Position numbers and translations under genes: made by a program. Shown one piece after another: positions 13,350 through 25,785 of a stretch of DNA of 64,000 nucleotides. The DNA lies in NCBI RefSeq assembly GCF_006345805.1, contig NC_042998.1, positions 7,750,001-7,814,000 of the forward strand, in the 5' to 3' direction. Position 1 is the stretch's first letter. Every line of letters starts with the position of its first letter. The stretch is from Octopus sinensis. Its lineage: Eukaryota. The notes under the pieces were generated by a model. The model was not told the origin of the DNA and made no database searches. It saw nothing but the letters and a program-made list of their open reading frames with translations.

Positions 13350-13650
13350 GTGGAGGCGCAATGGCCCAGTGGTTAGGGCAGCGGACTCGTGGTCGTAGGA
13401 TCGCGGTTTCGATTCCCAAGCCGGGCGTTGTGAGTGTTTATTAAGTGAAAACAATTAAAAGCTCCACGAGGCTCCGGCAGGGAGTGGTGATCCCTGCTGT
13501 ACTCTTTCACCACTCTTTCTCCCAATCTTTCTTCTGTTGGCCTGCTCGCTTAGCCAGCGGGGTGGCGTCATTCGAAGGCTAAAACAATGCGACGCATTGT
13601 GACCAGCGATGTGGAACATCTGATGGTCTGGTCGGTCACGTGGTCACGTG

Positions 13651-13652
<2 letters not shown>
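13350..13652 (+). mobile_element. Group C SINE (tRNA-Arg-like head)
   Basis: GTGGAGGCGCAATGGCCCAGTGGTTAGGGCAGCGGACTCGTGGTCG...GGTTTCGATTCCC; tail GCATTGTGACCAGCGATGTG...GGTCACGTGAT. Confidence 0.9.
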
Positions 13653-13686
<34 letters not shown>

Positions 13687-13748
13687 TATATATACACGTA
13701 TATATACATATACACGCACCCTCCCCCATATATATATATATATATATA

Positions 13749-13995
13749 TTGGGTTGGTGCATAATTATTCCGGCATTTTTTCAACACATTTTATTCAACT
13801 AAAACAACAATATTTAACAAAAACATCTTTAAATGGCGGTCTGACTGTCTACCAATCAAATGGGAAGCAATAATTGAAGTGGATGGTGAATATGCTCCGG
13901 AATAATTATTTAAAGATGTTTTGTTACATGTTGTTATTGTTTTTGTTGAATAAAATTTGCTGAAAAATGGCCGCAATAATTATGCACCAACCCAG
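13749..13995 (+). mobile_element. Mariner-derived MITE (Hsmar1/cecropia-like TIRs) with transposase C-terminal remnant
   Basis: Ends TTGGGTTGGTGCATAATTATT...AATAATTATGCACCAACCCAG; inverted arms about 85 bp. Internal CTACCAATCAAATGGGAAGCAATAATTGAAGTGGATGGTGAATAT encodes LPIKWEAIIEVDGEY, like the mariner C-terminal LPxRWxxVxxxxGxY. Confidence 0.8.
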
Positions 13996-14026
<31 letters not shown>

Positions 14027-14298
14027 TCATGCATCTGCATGTGCCGAAATGTAAGTAGTAATGAGCATGACCAGATCGGTATTACGTCGGGGAAGAGGAG
14101 AACCAGGTGTACAAATTATAAATTGTTTATTGGTGAATTTCAAGTTGCTGGTTTTTTTTTGGTTTTTTTTCCATTTCATGTCTATGTGCAAATGTATGTT
14201 TGGAGGCGATGTAAAAATACCTTGTTTTCTACGAGGAACACTTCTACACAATTTGTTAGCATTTTTTCTTCCTCACAGCATTAAATTTATTTTTGGGA

Positions 14299-14410
14299 AT
14301 CATCATCATTCATCATTGTTCGACCGTGGTCGAGACAATGGAATTTACCATGTTGCGCCAGACTTCACGGTCCATCATAGCATTACGGAGGTCCTGTTGC
14401 TGGATACGAA
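14299..14410 (-). mobile_element. RTE-type LINE extreme 3' end
   Basis: Minus strand encodes IQQQDLRNAMMDREVWRNMVNSIVSTTVEQ*, followed by a (TGA)n tail. Confidence 0.7.
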
Positions 14411-14566
14411 TACTTATATTGCTTGTAGCCGAAGCATGGCATCATGATGGGATAAGTTCACACACACACGCGCACACACACACATACACACACTCTCACA
14501 CATATATGTATGTATTATGTATGTGTGTGTGTGATTGTGTATGTGTGTATATACAGTATATATGTA

Positions 14567-15783
14567 CAGGGTGAGAAAGGGAAGATAGACATTTTTGAAA
14601 ATTTCACGAAATCATTTATTTTAGCTGCAAACAAATTTTATTGACATCAATGTGTTCATATTAAATTAGCATTTGCCAAAATCAAGTGTGGAAAACAACA
14701 TCCATCATGTGGTGCCCATCTTCACTGATGCATTTCTGAAGGTGTTCTTGGAAGTTGCCTTCCACTCTCTCCTGCATTGCTCTGTCGAATTGGGTGACTT
14801 CCACGCGAATAGCTTCCTTCAAATCATCCAATGTACGGGGCTTAAGCGCATACACACGTGCCTTGAGGTTTCCCCATAAGAAATAATCACATATGGACAA
14901 ATTAGGGGACCGAGGAGGTCAAAGAATGGCAGAAAACCTGGGAATTAGGCGGTCACAGAGGAGAGGGCGAAGAACGTTCATTGATGCTCTGACTGTCAGG
15001 GCCATCGCTCGAACCTGTTGAAACCATGCACATCGAACAGGCATACGTTTAGGTCGTAATTCAGGCACAAAGGAATTGTTTATCATCTCGACGTAACGCT
15101 CGGAGTTCACAGTAACAGTATTTCCATTATTGTCTTTAAATATTAAGGACCAATGACGGCAGCTTTTCCAACGGCACACCAGAATGTCACTTTTGGACTG
15201 CGCAGTGGTCTTTCGTGCAGCTGTCTCGGACTTTCAAGAGGCCAATAATGACATGTCTCACGAATTGCTTCCATCTGAAACACGAAGTTAAGTCGCTGTG
15301 CATAGTCGCATGGTTACAGCTGTTGCCCACTGACCAATTTGTACGGGTGGAAATGCAAGTTTTCATGCCAAGTTACCGATGTTATCAAGTTCAGTGGAAT
15401 GCCTCCAAGAGAGCGATTCGGACTCCGATTCAAAGTTTGTTTGACGCGTTCCACATTTTCCGAGATCCGTACCGTTCATGGCGCCCCCACCTGTCTCCTA
15501 TTTAGTAGTGTAACTGGTGCACGAAGTGCATTCACCCAACATAAGATTGTGTTACGGGTGGGAACAGCCTGATTTCAGTGAATGTTGAAGTTTCGCTGAA
15601 ACTCACGCTGAACTGATGTGAAAGACTCGTTATTCTTAACGTAGCTGTCGAGTGCCCTGACTTCACCTGAAAATTAAAAAATAAGACACCACGAACCGAA
15701 TGGTACCTGACGGATACATGTCCCTCCCCCTGGAGCTGAGTAATAGCCATCTCAAAAACGTCCGTCCTCTATGCCCCACCCTG
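14567..15783 (-). mobile_element. Decayed full-length Tc1/mariner, DD41D (rosa-like) spacing
   Basis: TA|CAGGGTG...CACCCTG|TA with degenerate ~32-bp TIRs. Transposase pieces: TVTVNSERYVEMIN, WFQQ(V for D)...*PPRSPNLSICDYFLWGNLKARVY. 41 residues lie between the second and third catalytic positions; an in-frame stop and catalytic substitution are present. Confidence 0.9.
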
Positions 15784-15975
15784 TATGTATGTATGTATGT
15801 ATGTATGTATATATATCTGTGTGAGTGTGGATATAAATATATAAATATCTATTTACCAACCTCTATACTTATACATACACACATATATAAACATGTATGT
15901 GTGTAATAATTACATAGGTATCTGTATACGCGTACATATGCCTCCATGCTTGTGTGTGTGTGTGTATGTGTGTGT

Positions 15976-16015
<40 letters not shown>

Positions 16016-16489
16016 AAACACCACCAAACTTGATGTGTGCTTCGTTTCTTCCGTTTATACAACTGTGTATATGCGGGTGCGTATGTAATGAAATGGAACA
16101 CTGTGTAGCATAATTATGCAAACAGTTCAGTACGTGAAAGCATTTTTAATGTTCATAACATATTCATATTCTTAAAACACATTTGGTCGTCTTGCTGCAA
16201 AAATACTAATGTTGGTGTTATAATCTAAATATTTTCTTAGTAAGCTATGTGACAAGAGAGGCGCTAATATGCTGCACGAACTCTATGCCTCATATTTCAA
16301 GCAGAATAGTTCCTTCACTTGTCTTATCGAAACTGGAATAGAATAGACATATGGCTAATAGAAATGATGCTTTATGCGAGCCAACAAGAAACCCTTTCTA
16401 TTTAGCTTTGTCTTCATAGTAATATGAAACAGAACTCGAGCATCCTGAAAAGATAGGAACACAGAAAACCCTTTCTACTATACACACAA

Positions 16490-16680
16490 GGCCTGAAATT
16501 TTGGGGGAGGGGGTAAGTTGATTACATCGACCCCAGTGCCCATATGGTACTTATTTTATCGACTCCGAAGGGTGAAAGGCAAAGTCGACCTCGGCGGAGT
16601 TTGAATTTAGAATCTAAAGCCGGATGAAATGTCGTTAAGTATTTTGTCCGGTGCGGCAATGATTCTGCTACCTCGCCGCC
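16490..16680 (-). mobile_element. Group B SINE, diverged monomer
   Basis: AAAGTCGACCTCGGCGGAGTTTGAA and TGCTACCTCGCCGCC match group B. Confidence 0.8.
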
Positions 16681-17464
16681 TCCGGAATACGTTAAATTAT
16701 GTATTCCGATATATGTAATGCTTGAGAGAGCGGAGGGATGGCCATAACGGGAACGCCGTTAGTCATAGATCTGTTTTTATCAAACTAGGACAAAAGAAAT
16801 GGTAGATTTGTTAGGGCGTCGAATAGAATACCTTGTGGTATTTCTTTCAACTCTGCGCTGAAACTCGAATCCAGCTGAAGCCAGTTTCACCTTTCGCCTT
16901 TTCGGGGGTTAATAATATATTATCAGTTCAGGATGGCAGATTGACAGAACTGTTAGACCGGATGCCTTCTTGGATTTGCTCTTGTCTAGTGCTTAACTAG
17001 TATTTCTTTTATGGACCGCGGCGGATTTTGAACTGAGAACGTAAAGACAGAGAAAATGATTCTGCCAGTTTACCGCCTTCAAACCTGAAAGAATATTGAT
17101 TTTAGTGACTCTGTAAATCATTGACTCGCAACGATCCAATTTTGAAATCGTAACTTTCAAAATTATAAAGAAACATTACGAGGAACTTTTCCCCATTCTC
17201 AAACAAATTCTGCAAATCAACCGTTCGAAATGATTATAAGACAGTAAGCAAAATTCTGATTAGTTACAGAAAAATGACCTTATTTATAATACACAAATAC
17301 CATTTCGACAAACCATGAGTCGACAAACCGGTGATATGTTTCAGCACTTTGTTGGTTCAGGTTTTAAATTGAAGTGTAGCAACTAATATTATACAAATAA
17401 AACAAATTACAGGGTAAATATGTATATATATATACTCGCAAATACATAAGTGCGTATGTGTTTG

Positions 17465-17517
<53 letters not shown>

Positions 17518-17618
17518 TGGAGTAAACACATAAATGTGAAACAAGGTGAAAAAAGAGTACTCAAATACCAGTGGTAGAGTATATGCTTTATTTAAAGCAG
17601 CAGAAAATTCAACAAAAC

Positions 17619-17657
17619 CCGTTACTCTTGAGTTTCCCGTTGCCGTTCATCGGACAG
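17619..17657 (-). ncRNA. Mirror-image hammerhead-like motif on the minus strand
   Basis: CTGT-CCGATGA-ACG[GCAA]CGG-GAAA-CTC[AA]GAG-TA/ACGG; same deviations as the plus-strand copy. Confidence 0.55.
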
Positions 17658-17663
17658 TTTTTG

Positions 17664-17701
17664 CTGTCCGATGAACGGCAACGGGAAACTCAGAGTAACA
17701 G
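17664..17701 (+). ncRNA. Minimal type I hammerhead-ribozyme-like motif (variant core)
   Basis: CTGT-CCGATGA-ACG[GCAA]CGG-GAAA-CTC[A]GAG-TA/ACAG: stem I CTGT:ACAG, palindromic stem III, GUA cleavage triplet. Deviations are U4 to C and an A.G pair at the base of stem II. Confidence 0.6.
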
Positions 17702-17733
17702 GTTTTGTTGAATTTTCTGCTGCTTTAAATAAA

Positions 17734-17775
<42 letters not shown>

Positions 17776-17796
17776 GTATGGAAACAGACATGCACT

Positions 17797-18285
17797 ATCA
17801 TCATCATCATTACCATGCTAGCATGGGTGAGATGGTTTGACTGGAGAGCTGCACCAAGTTCCAGTCTGATTTAGCATGGTCTCTACGGTTGGATGCCCTT
17901 CCTGACACCAACCACTCCAAGACTGTAATGGGTACTTTTTACGTGTAGCCAGCATGGGTCTCAGTTACATGACATTAGCAACGGCCACGACTACGGTTTC
18001 ACTTGACTTAATGAGTCTTTTCAGTACAGCATATTGCAAACGCTCTTGGTCTTTCGCCATAGCATCCGTCACGCCTACCATTCGAAGAATAGGCCACCGG
18101 CAACCGTCACGATCACAATTTCACGAGTGTCACCTCCAACGGCCACGATTACGATTTCACTAGGCTTGAAGAATCCTCTCGAGCACAGCATATCGCCAAA
18201 GGTCTCGGTTACTTGTCTGCGCCTCCGTGAGGCCCAACATTCGAATATCAAGCTTCACTACCTCGTCTCATATGCTCCTGACTAA
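17797..18285 (-). mobile_element. RTE-type LINE 3' fragment with internal duplication
   Basis: Minus strand encodes DEVVKLDIRMLGLTEAQTSNRDLWRYAVLE; 3' UTR ends in (TGA)n. Motif CAACGGCCACGA occurs at 17979 and 18137. Confidence 0.7.
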
Positions 18286-18486
18286 TCTTCTGTGAACAAG
18301 TATATAACGTATACGTATAAGCGACTATCTGAACATTGTATATTTGTATACTCACACATACAGATAGATACATACATACATGCATACATATATCATACAT
18401 ACATACTTAAATACATACATACATACATACAACCAGCCAAATATTGTTGTGTCAGATACAAGGAAAAGAAATGTTCTATTACAGAA

Positions 18487-18718
18487 GTCAGAGAAAGAAG
18501 ACATCTATAGACCATTGATAAGGCGTTCGCAAACCCAGTACGCAACATACACTTTCAACTTCATACCTATTGCTTTTAGAGCAACAGGGTACATACCAAC
18601 CGGTTTGGAGCGAAGTATGGCTGATCTTGGGATCTTAAAGAGAGAACGCAACTTCTTAAATCATACACTACAAATGATCGCGATATCTGGACCTATAAAT
18701 TCTGCCAGACTTTCGTAA
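18487..18718 (+). mobile_element. C-terminal fragment of an RLE-type (R2/R4/NeSL group) non-LTR retrotransposon
   Basis: KEDIYRPLIRRSQTQYATYTFNFIPIAFRATGYIPTGLERSMADLGI...LQMIAISG resembles the RLE C-terminal K..Y..L.......PI..GA.G.P..L...L..LG pattern. Confidence 0.55.
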
Positions 18719-18924
18719 GATTTAAAGGATGGTGGCTTAAAATAAAACGCTTTCCTTCACAACCTTGCTACCAAGTAGGTGGCCGGTCAAAACTTACTCT
18801 AAAATAAAAAGACAAAGTGAATAACATACATACACACATAATGTATAGATACAGACACAAATAGCCTGTTGATTTTGTTGAAATTCCAATGAAGGAGCCT
18901 TGGATCTAGGTTAGAAATTGGGTC

Positions 18925-19320
18925 TTTACTCTTTTACTTGTTTCAGTCATTTGACTGTGGCCAAGCTGGAGCACCGCCTTTAGTCGAGCAAATCGACTCC
19001 AGAACTTATTCTTCGTAAGCCTAGTACTTATTCTATCGGTCTCTTTTGCCGAACCGCTAAGTTACAGGGACGTAAACACACCAGCATCGGTTGCCAAGCG
19101 ATGTTGGGGGGACAAACACACACACAGAAACGTATACACACACACACACACATTCATATATATATATATATATACGACGGGCTTCTTTCAGTTTCCGTCT
19201 ACCAAACCCGCTCACAAGGCCCCGAGGCTATAGTAGAAGACACTTGCCTAAGGTGCCACGCAGTGGGAATGAACCCGGAAGCACGTGGTTCGTAAGCAAG
19301 CTACTTACCACAGAGCCACT
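18925..19320 (-). mobile_element. Group A SINE
   Basis: Full tail-to-head match with internal (CA)n(TA)n. Confidence 0.9.
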
Positions 19321-19734
19321 GGCAAAAAGTCTTATAATGAAACTGAATAAAATACATACATACATACATGCATGTATACATATATACATGTGCATGTATA
19401 TGTATAGACAGATAAAGAGGTGCAAACATCGACACACACACACACACGCGCGCGTGTATGTGTGTGGACATTCAATCCTACATAAAAGGAAACCACATTT
19501 ACGCTACCCGCTAAAATGTTTTCATCCTCATAGCGGAGGTTTGTGATTTTAGCACCGACGCTCAAGTTTTATTTGCTTGGTGACATAGAACGGGTGTCAC
19601 CTCACCTTGACATTCTTTTAGGCTAAACTTGTTACTATTTTACTATGAAATTTCCTGGGTGCGTGAACTAATGTAATATATAAAGTTGAATGTCATTTAC
19701 TGGGTTTTCCTTTCAAACGCACATACACATTCAC

Positions 19735-19799
<65 letters not shown>

Positions 19800-19803
<4 letters not shown>

Positions 19804-20097
19804 TGCGCAATGGCCCAGTGGTTAGGGCAGCGGACTCGCCGTCGTAGGATTGCGGTTTCGATTCCCAGATCGGGTGTTGTGAGTGTTTATTGAGCGAAAA
19901 CACCTAGAAGCTCCACGATGCTCCGGCAGGGGGTGGTGATCCCTGTTGTACTCTTTCACCACTCTTTCTCCCACTCTTTCCTCCGTTGGTCTGCTTGCTT
20001 AGCCAGCGGGGTGGCGTCATTCGAAGGCTAAAACAATGCGAACGCATTGTGACCAGCGATGTGTAACTACATCTGATGGACTGGTCGGTCACGTGAT
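19800..20097 (+). mobile_element. Group C SINE
   Basis: GCGCAATGGCCCAGTGGTTAGGGCAGCGGACTCG ... CTGGTCGGTCACGTGAT. Confidence 0.9.
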
Positions 20098-20357
20098 ATA
20101 TATAATATATATATATATATATGCACACGTACTCATTTACATATTTGTGTACATAGTAAGAAATACGTCCCCTCGTATTTAATATACCCTTCTTATATGT
20201 ACATCACTCCATGTTTTTATAACATCTTTTATAACATTCTATGTATTAATCTGCAATGGTTAAAAATAAGGGAATTATTATCTTTGTTTTTGTCGACAAA
20301 AGGCGGTGCTCCAGCATGGCCGCAGTCAAATGTCTGAAACAAGTAAAAAAGTAAAAG

Positions 20358-20414
<57 letters not shown>

Positions 20415-20515
20415 AGAGGGATGAATCTTTCAGATTTTTCAATATGCTAGACACTGGTTTTAAATTGATATTGATCAAATTAATATTCAATTTTTCACCC
20501 TTATTATTTTAAATT

Positions 20516-20620
<105 letters not shown>

Positions 20621-21589
20621 GCATAGGCAAACAGGCAGATATACAGATATACAGATAGACAGAGGATTGGATGGGGGAGAGAGATGTGTATTTGTGTGTG
20701 TATGAGTGCGTGTATTATAGCTGGATGTATTAAGTCAGATAAATTCATATCCATCGGTATGATCTTTTTAAATGCATCCATCAACTGGCTCCTCGCTGAA
20801 CATTTTAAATCTCAGGAGGTGACTATTAGACCGTTCAATGATTCATAGCAATTGCGAGAAAGTTTTTCTCAGCTTTGACATTTAAACCGGATTTTCTTGT
20901 ACACGGCATAATTTATTTACATCCAGGCATTAATTCATATTACTCTAATACAATTTACATCGTTTTTTTTTTCTTGCTATTTCAACTCACATTGCCCTGG
21001 TGCCATAAATTCTTCAGTCTAAACCATCTTTTATTCCAACAGCAATATATTATTTTTTTTCATCTACTATTTCTTACCAGCCTATGTCATCCAAACCGAA
21101 GAAGCCATCTGTTATGCACTTAGTTAATCTGACGCTACTGTAACGGTTTGTATTCCGCTGGTCAGGCTTATCTTCTCAACTTATGTCTATCTGCCAGTAT
21201 AGTAAAAAAATAACTAATGAGTTCTAAAATTATTCTAATTCCATAATTAACCAACTGCTGATATTTTGCTAATACCTGTTTATACCTAACGCGTTCACAC
21301 ACTTGGCAATAACTATCATTTCTGTTTCCTATCTAAAGAGATCTCAAGGTCGTGGAAATCCGTTCAGATATCTGCGTGGAACCATTGCTTACTTAAGAAT
21401 ATTCACTCCCTATGGAGAACAGGCCATCGAAGACTTTTTTCCACTGTTCTCAACTTTGGGATCTTTTAGGCTATCATCTCCCAAGTATCGTTGGTCTTAA
21501 ATTGTCATTGATGCTTCAGTAATTCTGCTTTCTTTTTCTTCTTAGTAGGGTTGATGACCCACAAGCAAACCTATCTTTACATCTGGAAA

Positions 21590-21725
21590 GAGGTAATCCA
21601 TATTAGTTTGGCTTCCGTCTTTTAACTTGTCCAGCACAGGAAACCCTACTAGGAGTTGCGCTCCACTGGCATAGATCTTAGGGTCATTTGAGTTACACAA
21701 GCCAGCACACCACTATGAGGACTGG
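21590..21725 (-). mobile_element. Degraded RTE-like 5' UTR
   Basis: Minus strand CCTCATAGTGGTGTGCTGGCTTGTGTAACTCAAATGACCCTAAGATCTATGCCAG...CTCCTAGTAGGGTTTCC recalls RTE-clade 5' ends (recognised by eye only). Confidence 0.4.
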
Positions 21726-22535
21726 ATCCATTCGCTCACACTTAGCAATAACCACTACTATTTCTAATTCAAAGAGATCTCAGCCAGATATCCGAGTCAA
21801 GTCATAGTAAGATTCAATACGCCAAACTGAACGTCCCATCATTTTAGATATAGTACTTTACCTCTTCGTATTTAATATACAGACAACGTAGTGACTTCTT
21901 TATACTAGTAATGAATATTTGAACTATACTACATATCATACAGGTAATTAAACAAAATAGTTTGTTCAGAAACGTATATAAAGTTTTAATTAGAATCCTG
22001 AAACTAGTTCAGTGATAACACCCATCCTAAACAAATTAATGAATGGTGGTTTATACATACATACATATATATATATCATGCACCGATGCTGCAAATGTTC
22101 AGCATAACATTTAATGAAAAATTGCTTATAATCAGTAGAATTGCATTCTTCTTTTCGCCGATCATAATTTACTACACAAAGTATCAATTTCCAAGTAAAG
22201 AGCTATGATTTTCTTTGTTTTGAAGATGCCTACACACATACGCCCAATCTGCAATTATTGTAAGGCATATAGCATCTTGCATCAATGATAGGGCTTTGGA
22301 AACAAACCTTCGAAATACAAGATATCTAAACTATGATTACTTTTCGTCTCTGTTATATTCTAGGCAGTATTTTCCTGATAATCACTTGTTCAAAACATTC
22401 TTCCCAAGATTTCTAATTCCTAGTTCAACCAAACGTTCAATTAGTTAACAAGAGTATTGAAAAAGAAACAAACAATAGCTCTGCGTGTGTGTGGATGTGT
22501 CTGTGTGTGTGCATGTGTGCGTATATATTGCTTTC

Positions 22536-22583
<48 letters not shown>

Positions 22584-22875
22584 AAAGAGAGACAGATATG
22601 GAGACACACGCACAAATATGTATGCGTTTGCGTGTGTGCCTGAATGCGGATATATGTGTGGTGTGTATATGTGTGTATGTATGGAAAGGCAGAAGCACAC
22701 ATTCATAGATATATAAACATAAATATGAATACTCACATACACATGGATGGACAGATAAATATATAATATATATATAAAATAATAGTTATCGCCATACTAA
22801 TATGGCATTCTTATAAAAATAAGAAAAAGCTGTCCGCTGTTCTCTTTTAGAGAGACTTAGTTATTTTAATATTTC

Positions 22876-22919
<44 letters not shown>

Positions 22920-23019
22920 CTCTGAGCGAGGTATAAACATACATACGTATTTAATAAATTGCTGAGCGAGGTATAAACATATATATATATATATTATATA
23001 TATATATATATATATTATA

Positions 23020-23717
23020 TTCTTTTACTTGTTTCAGTCATTTGACACCGCCTTTAATCGAGCAACTCGACCCCGGGACTTATTTTTTGTAAGCCCAGTA
23101 CTTATTCTATCGGTCTCTTTTGCCGAACCGCCAAGTAACGGGGACATAAACACACCAGCATCGGTTGTCAAGCAATGTTAGGGGGACAAACACAGACACA
23201 CAAACGCACACATGCATATATACGACGGGCTTCTGTCAGTTCCCGTCTACCAAATCCACTCACAAGGCTTTGGTCGGCCCGAGGCTATAGTAGAAGACAC
23301 TTGCCGAAGGTGCCACGCAGTGGGACTGAACCCGGAACCATGTAGTTGGTAAACAAGCTACTTACCACACAGCCACTCCTGCGCCTATATATATGTATAT
23401 ATATATATATATATCACGTGATCACGTGACCGACCAGACCATCAGATGTTTTGTTACACACATCGCTGGTCACAATGCGTTCGCATTGTTTTAGCCTTCG
23501 AATGACGCCACCCCCGCTGGCTAAGCAGCAGGCCAACAGAAGAAAGAGTGGGAGAATGATGGTGAAAGAGTACAGCAGGGATCACCACCCCCTGCTGGAG
23601 CCTCGTGAGCTTTTGGGTGTTTTCGCTTAATACACACACAACGCCCGGTCTGGGAATCGAAACCGCGATCCTGCGACCGCGAGTCCGCTGCCCTAACCAC
23701 TAGGCCATTGCCCTCCA
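23020..23717 (-). mobile_element. Adjacent group A SINE (23020-23385) and group C SINE (23413-23717)
   Basis: Both match their respective in-window consensus; separated by (TA)n. Confidence 0.9.
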
Positions 23718-23748
23718 TATATATATATATATATTATAATATATATAT

Positions 23749-23793
<45 letters not shown>

Positions 23794-23870
23794 AACATAT
23801 ATATACATAATATATATATATATATATATACAATATATATACATATATATATATATATATATTAATATAC

Positions 23871-23915
<45 letters not shown>

Positions 23916-24336
23916 TATACATAGATATATATATATATATCTATTTAGATATATTATATATATCTATATATATATATATATATATTATATATATCTTGAT
24001 TTTTGCGAGCTACCTAATATGTAGTTTAATATAAGCCTCGTAATTATTATATGAATTCTTGGCCCTTAAAATGAGCAGGAGACAAATTAGCCACGCTGCT
24101 ATTTTGACTTGGACATATATAAACTATACTTCGTTCCTGTCTCTTAATTTACTTCCAAGTCAATCTAGAATGTGTCACTTTCTCTTGCGTACTGGCTCGT
24201 TTGTAATCGATTAACACTGTCAAATACGCTTTCACGGTTCGCTGAGCACAACGTACGGAATGCCTACCGTTAAAATATTTGGCTGTATCATTATTCCAGC
24301 CGAATTTTTATGATGGTGAATAACAGCAAGAAGAAC

Positions 24337-24378
<42 letters not shown>

Positions 24379-24527
24379 GTAATAATTCTTTTTTACTCTT
24401 GGTACAATGCTTCAAATTTTGTAAGAGGGGAAGTCGATTGCACAGACCCTTAGTTTTCAACTGATACTTATTTCATTACGCCACGAAAGACGATCTCGGT
24501 GCAATGAAAAGCCGGAAGAAATGTCGT

Positions 24528-24701
24528 AGGAGTGGCTGTGTGGTAAGTACCTTGTTTACGAACCACATGGTTCCGGGTTCAGTCCCACTGCATGGCACCT
24601 TGGGCAAGTGTCTTCTGCTATAGCCTCGGGTCGACCAAAGCCTTGTGAGTGAATTCGGTAGACGGAAACTGAAAGAAGACCGTCGTATATATGTATGTGT
24701 T

Positions 24702-24757
<56 letters not shown>

Positions 24758-24970
24758 ATGTACATGTGTCTGTGTCTGTCGCCCCCCCCCCAACATCGCT
24801 TGACAACCGATGCTGGTGTGTTTACGTCGCCGTAACTTAGCGGTTCGGCAAAAGAAACCGATAGAATAAGTAATAGGCTTACAAAGAATAAGTCCTCGGG
24901 TCGATTTGCTCGACTAAAGGCGGTGCTCCAGCAGGGCCACAGTCAAATGACTGAAGCAAGTAAAAGAGTA
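24528..24970 (+). mobile_element. Group A SINE, full length
   Basis: GGAGTGGCTGTGTGGTAAG...CCTTGGGCAAGTGTCTTC...AAGTAAAAGAGTAAA. Confidence 0.9.
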
Positions 24971-25042
24971 AACATTTCGTTCGACGCAGGAACAGCTCTA
25001 CACGTACGCCTCCTTTTTAATATTATTCTTCTTAATAAAAAT

Positions 25043-25219
25043 AATGGTTCCAAAGTTTGGCACAAGGCCAGCAATTTCGAGGTAGTGAGATATATCGATT
25101 ACGCCGACCCTAGTGCTCAACTGGTATTTATTTTATCGACCCCGAAAAGATGAAAAGCAAAGTTGACCTCGGCGGAATTTGAACTCGGAATGCCGCTAAC
25201 GCTTCTGCCAGCTCGCCGC

Positions 25220-25268
<49 letters not shown>

Positions 25269-25766
25269 TTCTGCCAGCTAGCCGCCTTAATAATAATTAT
25301 TCTTTCTACTCTAGGCACAAGGTCTTGAAAATGTTTGGGGAAGGGAGCTAGTCAATTACATCGACCCTAATATTTCACTGGTACTTACTTCAACGACCCC
25401 GAAAAGATGACAAGCAAAGTTGACCTCAGCGGAATTTGAACTCAAAACGTAGCGACAGGCGAAATTCCGGTACGCATTTCGTCCGGAGTGCTAACGGTTC
25501 TGCCAGCACGCCGCCTCAAATAATAACAATAATAATAATAATAATAATAATCCTTTCTACTATAGGTACAAGGCCGAAAATTATGTGGGTGGGGGATAGT
25601 CGATCACATCGACCACCAATACTCAACTGGTACTTAATGTGTCGACCCTGAAAGGATGAAAGGCAAAGTTGACCTCGGCGGAATTCGAACTCAGAATGTA
25701 AAGACGGACGGAATGCCGCGAAGCATTTTGCCCGGCGCGCTAACGATTCTGCCAGATCGCCACCTT
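25043..25766 (-). mobile_element. Three group B SINE monomers separated by (AAT)n
   Basis: GACCTC(G/A)GCGGAATT(T/C)GAACTC occurs three times; (AAT)n at 25220-25268, 25519-25551 and 25767-25785. Confidence 0.85.
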
Positions 25767-25785
25767 AATAATAATAATAATAATA

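Larger units (their letters stand above)
17519..17740. repeat. Fold-back element: about 77-bp arms, 6-nt loop, (TA)n-flanked; probable PLE-terminal derivative
   Basis: 17580-17657 and 17664-17740 are near-perfect reverse complements; the left arm continues unpaired to 17519. Confidence 0.9.

Noticed and set aside
13350-13425. tRNA-Arg-like genes at group C heads
   Set aside because: No complete acceptor stem; always fused to SINE bodies, so these are SINE heads rather than tRNA genes.
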